From Camelus ferus (lineage: Eukaryota), in contig NC_045712.1 of assembly GCF_009834535.1 (NCBI RefSeq), forward strand, positions 21,700,001-21,764,000: a stretch of DNA of 64,000 nucleotides, written 5' to 3'. The translations under genes and the position numbers were made by a program. Of the stretch, positions 49,275 through 62,371 are shown one piece after another (the first letter of the stretch is position 1; every line of letters starts with the position of its first letter). The notes under the pieces were generated by a model. That model ran no database searches, was not told the origin of the DNA, and saw nothing but the letters and a program-made list of their open reading frames with translations.

Positions 49275-49608
49275 GCCAACTCAGGGCCATATAAGGAGAC
49301 ACTGTACTGAGAAGATTGGGGGAGGAAAGGGATGTACGAAGAGAAGTACCAACAGGCGCAACAGAGGAAGGTCCTGATACTTACTTTCAGCCTCCCATCA
49401 CCTGGATCTGCAGCCACCTGGGAGAGACATGGGCCTTGATGTCTAAAAACAGATATCCCGTTTGGCAGGTTATAGACTCAGAGAACCAGAAGGGTCAGCA
49501 ATGACCAGAATGGCCCTCAAAGAAAGGCCTTACCAGGGGAGATGGGAAGCCAAAGAACTTGAAACCCTCCAAAATAGATGATTGGGTTCCCACCCTCCCA
49601 CCGAAGGA

Positions 49609-49610
<2 letters not shown>

Positions 49611-49652
<42 letters not shown>
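49611..49652 (+). repeat. (CA)21 perfect microsatellite
   Basis: Read directly from the sequence. Confidence 0.98.
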
Positions 49653-49653
<1 letters not shown>

Positions 49654-50489
49654 CCCTCAGAGGAAAATTAATGAAAACTCAAGAGTCGCCAATGAAACCA
49701 TTACTTCAATCAACAGATGTCTTCAAGAGAATTTGCAGGGATCTGTCAAACTGTTGAACCACAAAGAAATCTGTGCAGCAACTTAACTAGAAATACTGGG
49801 CCCCCAAGAAAGATGGCCTCCCCTTAACACATATACTTTGTTAACTGCAAAATTAATGAATCTCCAGTTACCCTCCAGGTCTGCAATGGAAAGAATATAC
49901 TGACAGCATTTGACATAAAAAGAAATCAATGGGGCCAGAAATAAACGTAAACAAGCGTTCTGCATACTCACAAAGGATGGGCCATGTCAGTGCTATGTTT
50001 TTTAGTGGCCAATCTGGTAAGTTACACATTTCACTGATAGAAATAGCCTATCTCTATCTCAAAGGTTCAACTTGCTCCTTCCATTTCCTGCCACCTATTA
50101 AAAACTTAATAAGCTGTTAAGTAAAAGCAAGAGACTATACAGTCCTTTCATCCGTCAAGCCTGTATCTCACAGAAGTGGACACATTAAGTAGATAGTCAA
50201 GGGTAAAAATGTGAGCTGCGGGTGACAGACAATCCTCTGTTGATGTTCTCAATTAGAATATCCTAAAGGAAACTTCTGGCTCTATGATTCTAGTCTATGA
50301 GAAGTTCTTTTCTTTGAAAAAGCTATGAACATTTCCTTCTTTTACAGACTGTTTTCACCGTGGCCCATCAGTGCATATATTTTATATTCATCAGAAGAGA
50401 GAAAGAAAGGCTAAAGCTTCGTGTTAATAATATTATTTCTCTTTTTTGCATCCAAGCACTTTTCAAGTCAAGACTGGATCCTATTTATG

Positions 50490-50640
50490 AACAATGAGAG
50501 TCTGCACATACTGAATGCTTATACTAAACCAGGCCGGGAGCTAAGGACTCTAAATGCATCTGCATGAAAAATTCCCATGACAACTCTAGGGGTCAAATAC
50601 AATCATCTACATTCTAAAGATGGAAAAACTGAGATTGACC
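50490..50640 (-). mobile_element. MIR
   Basis: ctgaatgcttatactaaaccaggc...cattctaaagatggaaaaactgag. Confidence 0.75.
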
Positions 50641-51549
50641 CCAAATCCTGTTTTCTGACCCAGTAAGGTTAACAAGTCAATTAATCCAATTAATCTTTTT
50701 CTAAAAACTTAATCTATTAATGAATAATGCAGGAAATATGAAGTAAAAATAAAAATGAAGTGATCTACTCGCCAGTAGAATAGAAGACAACTTTGTCTTC
50801 CACTGAAGCCTGTGACACACTGACTACCACACTACTTCAGACTTATTTTCATCATAGAGGTCTATTAATATGATGGGACTGCTAATCTCTCAAAATACAC
50901 TTTGCTTCCTGTCCCCCAAATCTGGGGCTTGGCAATCCTTCAAACACATTTTCCCAAACATATGTTTCTATACTATTGAAGTTCATGTATATTTCCAGTG
51001 GAATTTTTCTTAAAGTTTTGATTAATTTACAATTAAATCATAAAACAGAGTAACTATTATTGAATATCTTTATTTCCTAGTGACTTTCATTTTGTCATTT
51101 TACAGAACTTTTTTTGTCTTCGTTAGGAAAGTCAGGTCTTATCAGTGACACTTGGGCCCAAATATCAAAGAGGCCAATATACTTCAGAGGTTTACCTTTA
51201 AGAACTAGAAGAATCCAAAACCTGAGCTATAAAATGTTGCCATTCACATTAAATACAAAAATGAGGTGATATAATCAAGAAAGGGAAAAAGAAGCATAAA
51301 AGAGGGCTGTCTCACAATTAAATCGATTTAGTATAGTATCACACTTAAATAAAAATTATCTCAATATCATATCAATAAATTGCCACTGTCCTAAAATTTT
51401 TTTTTAAAAAAGGTAAGCATTATTCTCTGGTAAAATTAATCTAAATCCAAAATATTTTAAATCTTGAATATGAATTATCAAATAGAATAATATAATTAAA
51501 TAATCTCAAAGATAAAACAAACTAACCATCATTATCATCTTTTATTTCT

Positions 51550-54500
51550 AAATTTCTACTGTGGTCACATTAGAATAGCTAGTACTGGATTATTCCTCCT
51601 AACACAAACAACTAAATAACTGGATAGAATACAAAAAAGAAACAAATGTCCTTTGATATTGATCAGTAATCAGCACGGAATTTGCTTCCTAAAAGAAGGC
51701 AAAACATAAGGTGACATTCATGATCACTTTAATACTTGACATGGAGGCATTTACAAGACCCCAGAGCAGAGATGATAAGGCCAAGCAGAACCTGGTAGTT
51801 GCACTGAATTGAAGAGGAATTAATCAAAGTTTATAGAGGCTCAGGTGCCTGGAATTTGCACGGTAGAGCACTAGAGAGAAAAAGCTATACAAAGAAAGAG
51901 TTCCGAAATGTACAGAGAGAGCCTCTTGAGTCTTTGATTTAATACTGAAATGAGCTAAGGGAAGACTTCATGAGGCTGGGAAAAGCACAATTACAGGGGG
52001 TAGGAGAGGGGAACTACAATAAAGCTATAAGCCAAAAAAATCTATTGGACCTCAAAAATGGCGGGGAATTTACAAGTCCCAACCAGCCAGAACAGAATAG
52101 CTTGTTAAACACCTGGGACATTCAGTACGAATCCCAGAAATATTGTGCCTAGCATAAGAACTAAACTAGACTTAGAGTGAAAGATACACTGTATCTGCCA
52201 ACCAAAGTTTAAAAACAAGTGTTTAAAGGACTAAGCTGATACATAAGTAAATTAGCTAACTGTCAGAACACAACTTAATACTCTTTAAAGGAAGACAACA
52301 AAATCCAGAAACTCAATAACATAATGCCACTATCATGCTGTCATTATGCTTAATGTCTAATAAAAAATTAATAGTTATGGAAACAAAAAAGGTGTGACTC
52401 TTAAGAGGAAAAACAATCAGTAGAAATATACCTAGAAATCATGTAATTGGAAAATATAAACTTGATAAAATTTATAAAATTGATAAACACACCAATCTAG
52501 GAAGCTCAATTAACCTGAAGCAAGATAAATACACACACATACACACAAAATACCAAAGCACATTATAATAAAATTGCTGAAAACCAATTATAACAACAAA
52601 ATAATAAAAGCAACCAAAAAATAAAAGCACATAGGTATAGGGCATCAAAGGTAAGAATTATTACTAACTTCTCATCAGAAACAGTGCAAGCCAGATTATA
52701 ATAGAACAATTGCTTTAAAGTACTGTAAGAAAAAAATGTAAACTTAGAATTCTTTATCCCGTGAAAATATCTCTCCAAAAGATGGTGAAATAAAATGTTT
52801 TCAAACAACAGTAACAAAAAATTCTGAGAGAATTCACTGCCAGCAGAGTTGATCTTTAGAAAAAAAATTAAAGGATGCTCTTCAGGGGAAGTAAAATGAT
52901 TCCAGATGGAAGCTTGAAATCTATACAAAAAAATAAATAGCACCAGAAATGGAAAATATGTGGGTAAATATGAGATTTTTTCTCACTTTTTAATTAACTG
53001 TTTTAAGCAAAATGAAAATAATGTATAGTGTGGGGTTTATAATATATGTGGGAGTAAAAAGTATCAAAATAGTAGCACACAGAATGGGAGGGGGCGTGGC
53101 AGTATACTGTTGTAAGTTGCTTCCATTATAAAGAGGGTAGACCCTGAGAAGTTGAAGATGCAAACTGTTACACTAGAACAACCACTCAAAAGGCACAACT
53201 AAGAGGTACAGTTAATAGGCCAACAGTGGAGATAAAATAGCATTTGAAACACTCAATTCAAAAGGACACCAAATAAGGGAGAAAAATATAAGGGTATTTG
53301 TGTGTGTGTGTGTGTGTGTGTGTAACACATACATTTATTTATAACAATATGGTAGGGTTAAATAAGAAGAAAATAAAAACAACAGAGTAGATGGGTATTT
53401 ACAAAAATATGGTGTATTTAAACCAAACAATAAGATAACTACAGTAAATGTAAATGGATTAAACAAACCAATTAAAAAGTAGAGATTGCCAGGCTGGCTG
53501 AAAAGAGAAAAAAGATCCGACTATATTTTGTCTACAAAAAGTACACTTTAAATAAAAAGGTATGAGGGCAAAGGTAAAAGAATGGAAATACATACAACAA
53601 AACAATAATCACAAGGACATTGGGGAAGCTATATTAATATCAAACAAAACAGACTTAGGACAAGAAATATGAGAGATAAACAAAAATATTTCATAGTAAT
53701 AAAATGGTCAGTTCATCAAGATATTGTGCATACTCCTAATACTAGAGCTCAAAATATGTGACACAAAAATGAGCAGAATCAAAAAATGAAACAGATAAAC
53801 TTAGAATTTTCTTTGGTGATTTCAGTACTTCTCTATGTAATTGGTAAAAACAACTAGACAGAAAATTACTAAATATATAGAAGACCTGAACAACACAATT
53901 TCAACCGATTTCATCCAATTGATTTTTTTAGAACAATATGCACAATAACTGCAGTATACACATTCTTTTCAAGTACCTGTGAAACAGTCACCAAGAAAGT
54001 CCATATGCTGGACTATAAAACAAGTGTCAAGAAACAAAATTACTGAAATCATAGGATATATTCTCTGAATACAAGAGAATCAAATTAGAATTTGTAACAA
54101 TAATATAACTAATAAAATCTAGAGGTATTTGAAAATAACACACTTCTAAGTAACCCATGAGTCACAAAATTCCCAAATCACAAGTGGCATTAGAAAATAT
54201 TTTGAACTGAGTAAAAATAAGAACACAACATATCAGAAGTTGTGAGATGTGGCTAAAGCAGCTCTTAGAGAGAAACAGAAATATATAGCTTTAAATGCTT
54301 ATAATAGAAAAAGAGAATAGTCAAATGGTCAAAATTTCACCAAGAAAGAAACTAGAAAAAAGACCAAATTAAACAGAATATAATGAGAGGAAAACTTAAA
54401 AACTAAAAACTAAGAGCAAAAATCAATGCAACAGAAAAAAGACAAACAAAAGAGTAAAGCTGGGTGAAACCAAAGTCTGGTTCTTTGAATATACCCCCAA

Positions 54501-54860
54501 AATTGAAAAATATATAGCCAGATTGGTAACTAACTGCCAGTATCAGGAACAAAAGAGGGAATGTCATTGTAGATCCTAAATACCTTAAAAGAATAAGAGA
54601 ATATCAGGAACATACTTATGCCAATAAATCCAACAACTCAGATGAAGTGAAAAAATTCCTTAAAATACCAGTGAGCAAAATTGATGTAAGAAATACAAAA
54701 TCTAAGATGTTTTACATCTATAAATAAAATTAATTTGGAATTTAAAACTTTCCCACAAAGGAAGCCCCAGGCCCAAATGTTTTCATTAATGAATTCTAAT
54801 AATATTCAAGGAGAAATTCAGCAATCTTACACAAACTTCTACAGAAGACAAAAAAAGGAA
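51550..54860 (+). mobile_element. Old LINE-1 (L1M, L1MD-like): 5'UTR, ORF1 and the start of ORF2, all degraded
   Basis: A-rich. The endonuclease motif aca gta aat gta aat gga tta aac (TVNVNGLN) is at 53441-53464. Later ORF2 hallmarks are tctggttctttgaa, cttatgccaataaatccaacaactcagatgaagtg and gccccaggcccaaatgttttca. Many stops and frameshifts. Confidence 0.88.
53299..53323 (+). repeat. (TG)12 microsatellite inside the old L1
   Basis: Read directly from the sequence. Confidence 0.95.
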
Positions 54861-54861
54861 T

Positions 54862-54907
54862 GTGTATATGTGTATGTGTGAGTGTGTGTGCACGCGTGCA
54901 CGCGTGC
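54862..54907. repeat. Alternating purine-pyrimidine tract ending in an 18-bp perfect palindrome
   Basis: tgtgtatatgtgtatgtgtgagtgtgtgt followed by GCACGCGTGCACGCGTGC (54890-54907). Confidence 0.9.
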
Positions 54908-54924
54908 CAGTATTAACTATCTGA

Positions 54925-55140
54925 CATGTGAATAAAGATGCCTTCAGGTGATCTGGTGCCCAGTCATCAAGTCACTTACCTCTGGGTCTTCATAGCTAGG
55001 ACCCCAGATGTTGTGGTTTTAGAGGTAAGCCAGGCTTGATGTTCCCCGTCCAGATTCCTGCCATCTCATTTGTGAGCATGTGAAAATAGTTGTTTCACAA
55101 CACTGTCTGGGGGTGTTCAATAAGCAACAATAGCAACAGA
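54925..55140 (+). mobile_element. MLT1 (F/G/H-like) LTR 3' portion
   Basis: ccccagatgttgtggttttagaggtaagcc...gtccagattcctg...gtgagcatgtgaaaatagttgttt...gcaacaatagcaacagaaga. Confidence 0.65.
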
Positions 55141-56029
55141 AGATAAATATCATGATCCTTGTTTTCCAGAAGAGTAAACTGTACCTCGTGAGAGTGACTT
55201 GAAAAAATTAGTGTATGTGGCAGTGGCAGCTTTCTCTGCAAAGTGACATACACCCTGATCTAGACAGAAGTCCCAAATGTGATGCCACCACATTCACCAG
55301 GGTTCTAGTTCAGGGCTGTATGAGGCTTTGGTCCCATTATCACCAAACTAATGATCTGGCTCCAGTAATCCTGCTTCTCTTAGGAAGACACTTGAGGTCA
55401 GGGTTTGGTACTCATGGGTCACACAGCCAAAATCATCTCACTGTTAAATCTTTAGCAAAGATAGATCCTCAATGTCTATATTTGCAAAAGCTCAAGTAGC
55501 TCAATCAGCCATGAATTCTGGGCATTTATGCAAGACTTGGTTGAAGCACAAACTTAAAAAACTCTTCCCAAACAGCTGCAAAGAGCACAGAAAGTAGAGG
55601 ACTAAAGCTTGGTAGAGTCTTGGCTCCCACTTTAGCCAAGGAGATATCAGCACAGGATATACCAGGGTGTGAAACAAGTGTTTATAATAACAGGACAAAA
55701 ATAATTGATTCACTTCTGTCCTAGAAAGATGACTGAACTTAGAATGTTTGAGATGGGTTGGCATTTTATATTTTCTGTCATCTTGTCCTCTGTTTCCCTA
55801 CACCCCCTGCCAGTCCTTTTTGCCTTTAAACAAACATCAGTTTTTATTCTTCACAGAGGCACAAGTCTTCTATCACCAGACTTGAACAAAATCTCCACAA
55901 ATGCAGAAGAAAAGTAGCAGGATTTGCTCTGATTTATAGGCTGGAAGGGAGATGGAGAGAACAGCTGCTTTTCGCCTGAACAGAATTTGCCCTTTCTTTT
56001 GATAATAAGCACTTTATTTGCCTGTGAAA

Positions 56030-56538
56030 CAAAACCCATCCCCTACACTCAGGTCTTATAGGACTGGGGCTGACTCCACCCTCCTCCAAATCCATAGGCA
56101 GACATGTGACTCACACCTGGTGAATCAGCATGTTGTATCCTGTTGACCACTGTGACTGGTTCAAGCAGAGATAACACAGGACTGAAGCCATGAGAGTCAG
56201 CACCAGGGTCTTAGCTAGAACCATAAGGAAAAAGATTTATTTCTTTTGAGGGGAAGGGGCTCCACTAGAAGGATATAAACATGGAGCTGTTGGTGGCAGT
56301 CTCAACACCCCAAAGGGAGGGGGAGTGTCACCTGAGAGTAAAGCTACACAGAGGAAACCAAAGCCAAGAGATGGCAAGAGGCAGATTCCTGACTGCATTT
56401 GGGCACCTAGATCCAGCCATGCCTGAAAATATCTACACTTTAACATTTCAGTTTTATGCTTCAGTAGATTCTCCTTAATCACACAAATCTGGCTAAGCTG
56501 GATTTCTATCACAGCCAAAGACACCCGATTCACTAAGA
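56030..56538 (+). mobile_element. MLT1K/J-like LTR
   Basis: gaccactgtgactggttcaagcag...cctgagagtaaagctacacagagg...tttgggcacctagatccagccatgcctgaa...gctggatttctatcac, with end cactaagaca. Confidence 0.8.
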
Positions 56539-57329
56539 CAACATATTATCAACCACCTATACCAGTGGTTCATGAACTCTGCTCTGTGGAGTCCCCAAAT
56601 TCTATGAGCCAGAGAGACTGAGTAACAGGCACCCCTGACTCCAATTTAATCAACACTGCTCTTTATTTTATATATGATGGCTGTTAAGATTTTATTTGAA
56701 TAAAAGAGCTTTGCTAATTAAGAAAAAAAAAGATAGCCATTCAGTTCAACCACGTTATTTTAGAGGTCCAGAAAAGCCATGTGTTTTTCACAAAGCAAGT
56801 TTGTGACAGCAGTAAGCATGATCTCTACCAATTCATCCAGCACAAAGCCCATTATCACCTAATGCTAAGGTTGACAGTACTGCTCATATTAGCTTTGGGA
56901 TAGAAGCAGGTCTGTGGCTCCAGGCACTTCACCCCAACATATGGGAGGGTCCAACATGGACTTCTACCTGTAAGGACAGAGCTGCATACCTGCCACGTTC
57001 TGGGCAAACAGCCCAAGTGCCACCCTTCCTACAGTGTATCATGGGACCATAGGCATTTATCACAGTATGGGAGAGCTTTGTTTAGAACCATCTTCTCTGA
57101 CTCATGTTGGGCTGGTCAGGAAGCCCCACATGTCTACCAGGGAACACATTTATTTCTGTACCCACTGCCTATCAGAGTAAAGGGTACAACTTCTTTTCAG
57201 TATTCTAAAATAGTGGTTTGGTTTTTGAAAAGGCTTTGGACTCTATCATCTTTAAAATTAAGAGAAAATCAAAATCTGGTCACTTTCGAGACAAGTTAAT
57301 TAAGTCCCATCTGTCTCAATGTGGCTGCC

Positions 57330-57498
57330 NNNNNNNNNNNNNNNNNNNNNNNNNNNNNNNNNNNNNNNNNNNNNNNNNNNNNNNNNNNNNNNNNNNNNNN
57401 NNNNNNNNNNNNNNNNNNNNNNNNNNNNNNNNNNNNNNNNNNNNNNNNNNNNNNNNNNNNNNNNNNNNNNNNNNNNNNNNNNNNNNNNNNNNNNNNNN
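57330..57498. other. Assembly gap (169 N)
   Basis: N run. Confidence 0.99.
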
Positions 57499-58669
57499 TA
57501 AAAGCTAAAGTCATAAATAATTAATTTTTCTTTTTAAAAGAATTATGCAAATTTAAACCAGAAGGCTAAAAATGGAAAGTGTCTAATCACAAGTGAATTG
57601 AGCTTCTCTTTGAGTTTCTCTCCCTTGCTACTTCGTCTCCACGTTTCTGTCTTTGCACCTGCTCTGAACACAAACAATGCCTGCCCTCACTCACCATGGT
57701 CTAGGGTGGTTCTTACACTCTCTGCCAATTCTTTACATTCCTTTTGAACATTGAGTGAGACCAACGGGTGAGACTAATGAGAAATGGGTGTGAACAGCTT
57801 TGGGTCATACCCCAAACAATGTCATGTGCCTGTGAACATTATCAAATTCTTGATAATGGAGAGAAGACAGAATCAACTGATCAGAACATGTTTCCTAAGC
57901 ATCTATCCTGTGCAGGCATTCTGCTGAGTGAGCAGAGCTCAGAGGAATTAACTTCATAGACTAACCACAACATAGAATTAAATAAAAACACAAGGATAAA
58001 GACTAGACAGTAAAATCTTCATGTGCCTAGAGGCAGCGGCTGGTTAACAGCACACAGGGTGGGGGTTTTCAGGTCAGACAACGTGAGATTCCATAGTCCC
58101 ATTCACCTGGTCTGGCACTGCCTAGCAACAGAGTTCCCCCCGGCCTGAGTACAGCCAAGTAAGAGAAGCCCTTTCTAGACAATGGGCCGCTGCCACAGGA
58201 CCACAGGACATACAGAGCAAAGCCAGCTCAAATGTGGCAATGAGAGCACAGTGGCAGGCAAGATCAGGCTTCAGAGGTGTGAGAACTGAGGGACAGTGAG
58301 CTCTAAGTGCAGAGGCTGAGATGTGCTCTGCCACCATCCTCACTGCCACTGGTCTTGTGTAAAGGAAGATAGAAACAGATTCTGGAAGGCAGGAGGTGGA
58401 GAGGGTAAAGCAAAAGCTGTGAAGGACATAGTAAAGCATAAGGAATATCCAGTTCCTAGCAGATTATGGCCATCAGCGGTTTTTTTAAGTTTTGAAATAA
58501 GACCTTTAGGTAGCCTCTGAGAACATTTACATTTGCACCTCTGGCATGAATGATCAGCAACAGGTGGGTGGTAAACTGTTGGCTTGTGGTAGCAGCAGGC
58601 AACCCTGCTTCTGCTGCCATAAAGCCTACCCGTGAGAGGAGAGCAGGCAGGTCCCTGGGAGAGGACACT

Positions 58670-58830
58670 ACGTCAGTTATCCTTACAACATCCCAATGGG
58701 ACAGTGTCTATCATTATCCTCCTGTTATGTATGATAAAACTAGAGGCACAAAAGGGTTAAGCAAACAGTCCCAGATGATACATCTGCTAAGTGGAAGAGA
58801 GCATCTGAAGCAGCCCCTCTGGCTCTACTG
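58670..58830 (-). mobile_element. MIR
   Basis: tatccttacaacatccc...cattatcctcctgttatgtatgataaaactagaggcacaaaagggttaag. Confidence 0.75.
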
Positions 58831-58921
58831 CTGTGTCCTCCACCAGCATGGCACACTCCTGCCACTTCCATAAGTGACACATACACCATATTAGGAAAGA
58901 AAAAGAAGACATTCTTCATTA

Positions 58922-59238
58922 CAGTCATCCCTCAGTATCCACAAGGAATTGTTGCCAGCCCCTGCCCCTAACCAAGTAATCCAAGGATGCTCAAATCCCT
59001 CATGTAAAATGGCATAGTATTTGCATATAACCTACACACACCCTTCCCTACACTTTGAATCATCCCTAGATTACTGATAATACTTCATACAAAGGTAAAT
59101 GCTATGAAAAGAGTTGCCAGTATGGCAAATTCAAGTTTCACTTTTTGAAACTTTCTAGAAAAAAATTTTCCCAATATTTCCCCATCAAGGTTGGTAGAAT
59201 CCGTGGATGCAGAGTCCAAAGATAAGGAGGGCTGGCTG
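58922..59238 (+). mobile_element. MER2/MER2B TcMar-Tigger MITE, complete
   Basis: TIRs cagtcatccctcagtatcc and ggagggctggctg, flanked by TA on both sides (58920-58921, 59239-59240). Internal gtatttgcatataacctac and ggcaaattcaagttt. Confidence 0.9.
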
Positions 59239-59959
59239 TATACAAGAAGTTTCACTCTTTCTCCAGAAACTCCATTTTGCAATTCTTTGGGAGAACAAAG
59301 CTGGTGGATCTCAAAACACAGAGTAATAATAGGCTGCGGTGCCTGACACAGTCTGTGCGCCTTCACTTGCTCAGCCTAACAGAACCCTCAAGCCCCAGCT
59401 AGGGCTCACTGTAGACATGAGACAAACTGGCCTCATTGAATGTGGCCATAATCCACTTTGGGTTTAGAGCAGTTTTAGAGAAAGTTCTAAAATCTCATAT
59501 AGCTAGAACTAAATAGCAATTTAATGAGTAACGAGTAAATGAATCAGAGGCACAGATTAAATTTCCATCCAAATAACCACAAGTTTCTCAATTAAGAGGG
59601 GAGAAAGTATGCTTGGCAAAACAGTTTGATTTTGGCCATAGCCACATGGATTTTCCCAGCCTGCTTCCTGAATGTGGCAGTGCACACAGATGAGGGGAAC
59701 TCAGGCCTTAGATACACTCACAAACTTTTTTCAGAACCAAGCATATGATAATAACTTTACAGTGTCAGGAATCTTGGTTATTATACAGGAATTCCAACTT
59801 CACACCACTCAGTGTTTACATAGAGAGCAACCCAGGAGGGTTTGGACACAAGGGAAGTATCTTAATTGTCAAATAACTCATGAGTTTTACTTTAAAACAT
59901 TTATATTCTCCTGAAGAAAGGACAGGTGTTGTTGTTTTTTTAAAACAAATATCTTTAAT

Positions 59960-60205
59960 GAATATTTGGGAAAGTTATTCAATCTTTCAATGCCTCAGTT
60001 TCATCATCTGCAATTTGAAATAACAATAAGACCTATCTTGTAAGACTGTTATATATTTGTACTTAATGATATATTTAATTTTATTTTTAAATATAATAAT
60101 AATGCCACATTATTTAGAGATAATTTGACATACAGTTATGTGTTAAGTTGCTTGAACTGTGCCAAGCCCATAGTAAGTATTCAATAAATGTAGGTACAAT
60201 TATTA
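59960..60205 (+). mobile_element. MIR with an internal AT-rich insert
   Basis: gggaaagttattcaatctttcaatgcctcagtttcatcatctgcaa...catagtaagtattcaataaatg. Confidence 0.75.
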
Positions 60206-60449
60206 CCATTATTTTTGGTTGCTCAATCAGCATTGCATGGACCCAGGGAATGCTACGTTTTTTACGCCTCAGCAAAGCTTATTAAATGTCTCTTTCATAC
60301 CAGATACTGAGAATTGATTGAGAAACCTTTCAGAACTAAATAACTGGGAATATTTGCTGGGGGCAAATTCAGACCATTGAGCAATTACTGCAATGGCTAT
60401 CATAATGTGCATTATAATGTGTTACATATTATAGTTTATGTAGCATCTG

Positions 60450-60565
60450 ACCCTCTGAGTTTGGGGAAACTGAGGCCCAGAAAAGGGAAGTTATTTACTT
60501 AAAGGCACATGGTCAATGAGGAACAGAGCAAAGACAACTCTCAGTCTTCAAACTCCAAGTTCAAT
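60450..60565 (-). mobile_element. MIR
   Basis: ggggaaactgaggcccagaaaagggaagttatttacttaaaggcacatgg. Confidence 0.8.
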
Positions 60566-62099
60566 GATTCTTTTCCCAATGTCCATTCAGTTTTCAAGAG
60601 TCTCAGAAATTTTACAGGATGGTCATTGACAGCATAGTGTTGAGAAAGACAAAGCTCAGTTCCTCAGTGTCCCCAGAATTCCCATTCCTTCTACTTGGGG
60701 AATTTCAAGAGATTTTTTTTGAGACACACCTGATTGGTTCCCCAATGGATACTAAGAGTAAGGCAGTCACCACAGAGACATCAGGAGTCTTGAGGGCAGT
60801 AAGGGATCTGGGCACCCCAACAGATGCTCCTCCACACTTAGACACTGAGGACTTGAGTGTAAGTGGGACCTTCCTGAGTAATCAGGCAAGGAATATCGGA
60901 CAAACCCATAGGGGGAGTTAGTCAAACAGAGTCACCTCAACACATTGAGAAATGGGAGACAACAATTCATTATCTTGAGCAGCAACCTTCCCCGAGATCG
61001 TGAATGTCCAACACTAACACAAAAATAAAGGGATTTTCAAAGCCTGATGACCCACAGCCATGTCACGACTGACACAGGAGATTAGACAATTAAAAGATTA
61101 AAGAAAATATAGAGTCATGGAATACAGCAGGATGCTCACGAATAAGGAAGTTTATGGCATCTACAGTAACACAGTTGGAGATAGTCTAAAGTGGTTGCCA
61201 TCAGAAGCCCACAGTGGGGAGTAGGGAATTGCTAAAGAAAAGACTAAAAAAAGCTACCTTCCAGTTTCAAAGAGAGAAATCAATTGTTCTCCTACTCCAA
61301 ATTTTTAAAAGAAAATGAAAGATTCGAGGTGATTTAGATTTCTTAAAAATATCCAAATGGTGCCCTAAGTTAATTAATAATAGGAGTTTAAAAGATTTTA
61401 TGAATCAATGGATTTGGGTTGATAAGGTGATTTACATCTAAGAAATTGAGACCGTACTGTTACCTTGATAGCTTGTTACCCATAACCAACTCAAATGAGC
61501 TATTTCATAATTGAATTGCTCTAAAACTCAAAGTGAGTATTGTTAAATATGTTGTGAGTCCTGCATACTCATTTAATACGTGCGTGCCAGAGACATCCAC
61601 AAGAAAAGAAAGGCTCAGAAACATGTGGGAAGGGTAAATTTTGGTTATTTTCATCTTCCTTATTGCCAACTGAAATTAATTAACAAAACCTACAGAGTTC
61701 TTTCAAATAACAATGGCTTCCACATCTCCATACTAGAAAATCTGAAAACCTAATATCATAAAAGATAGCAAGTTTAAGTTATATTTACAGGAATTCCTTT
61801 ACTTAATCACACAGTGAGCATTCATATGAGTACTGGGTATACAGGCAGGTCACATGCAAAGACAAAGAATATACAGGCCCTTTGAAGTATCACCACATTG
61901 TCCTCAGTTTCAATATCCTACATGTAAAATCAGTTGTGCTTCTTTTTAACCATGCATGGGTCGGATGGATGTGAAATTGCAAACTGTTTATCCACTGGGT
62001 TATAACTGGGTGATAAACTCATTACATTTATAATTTTTTTTAGTTTTAAACCTATCAGAATAAATAATGCAGTTCTCTGCTTTTTATTTACCTACTGAA

Positions 62100-62330
62100 T
62101 ATCCATTAAGCATCAGCCCCTATGCCAGGGAAGGGTGGTAGACATAAGAGCTTTAATTATTAGTCTGTGTTGGGATGCTACAAATTGAAGAGACACAGGA
62201 ATAAACTAAAGATAATCATACTGTATAACTGGGCCATGAAGCCAGAACAGGGATGGGTCCCCAGAGGAGGCAGTACTTAAAAAGAAACTTGAAGAATGAA
62301 TAAAAGTGTGAGGCAAATGTCAACTATGAC
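62100..62330 (-). mobile_element. LINE-2 3' fragment
   Basis: tactgaatatccattaagcatcagcccctatgccagg. Confidence 0.45.
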
Positions 62331-62371
62331 AAGAATCAAGTCATGTTCCTCCAAGTCAAGACTATTTTACC

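Noticed and set aside
56560-56740. Possible hAT-Charlie fragment beginning cagtggttc
   Set aside because: I could not assign a family or find the second TIR with confidence.
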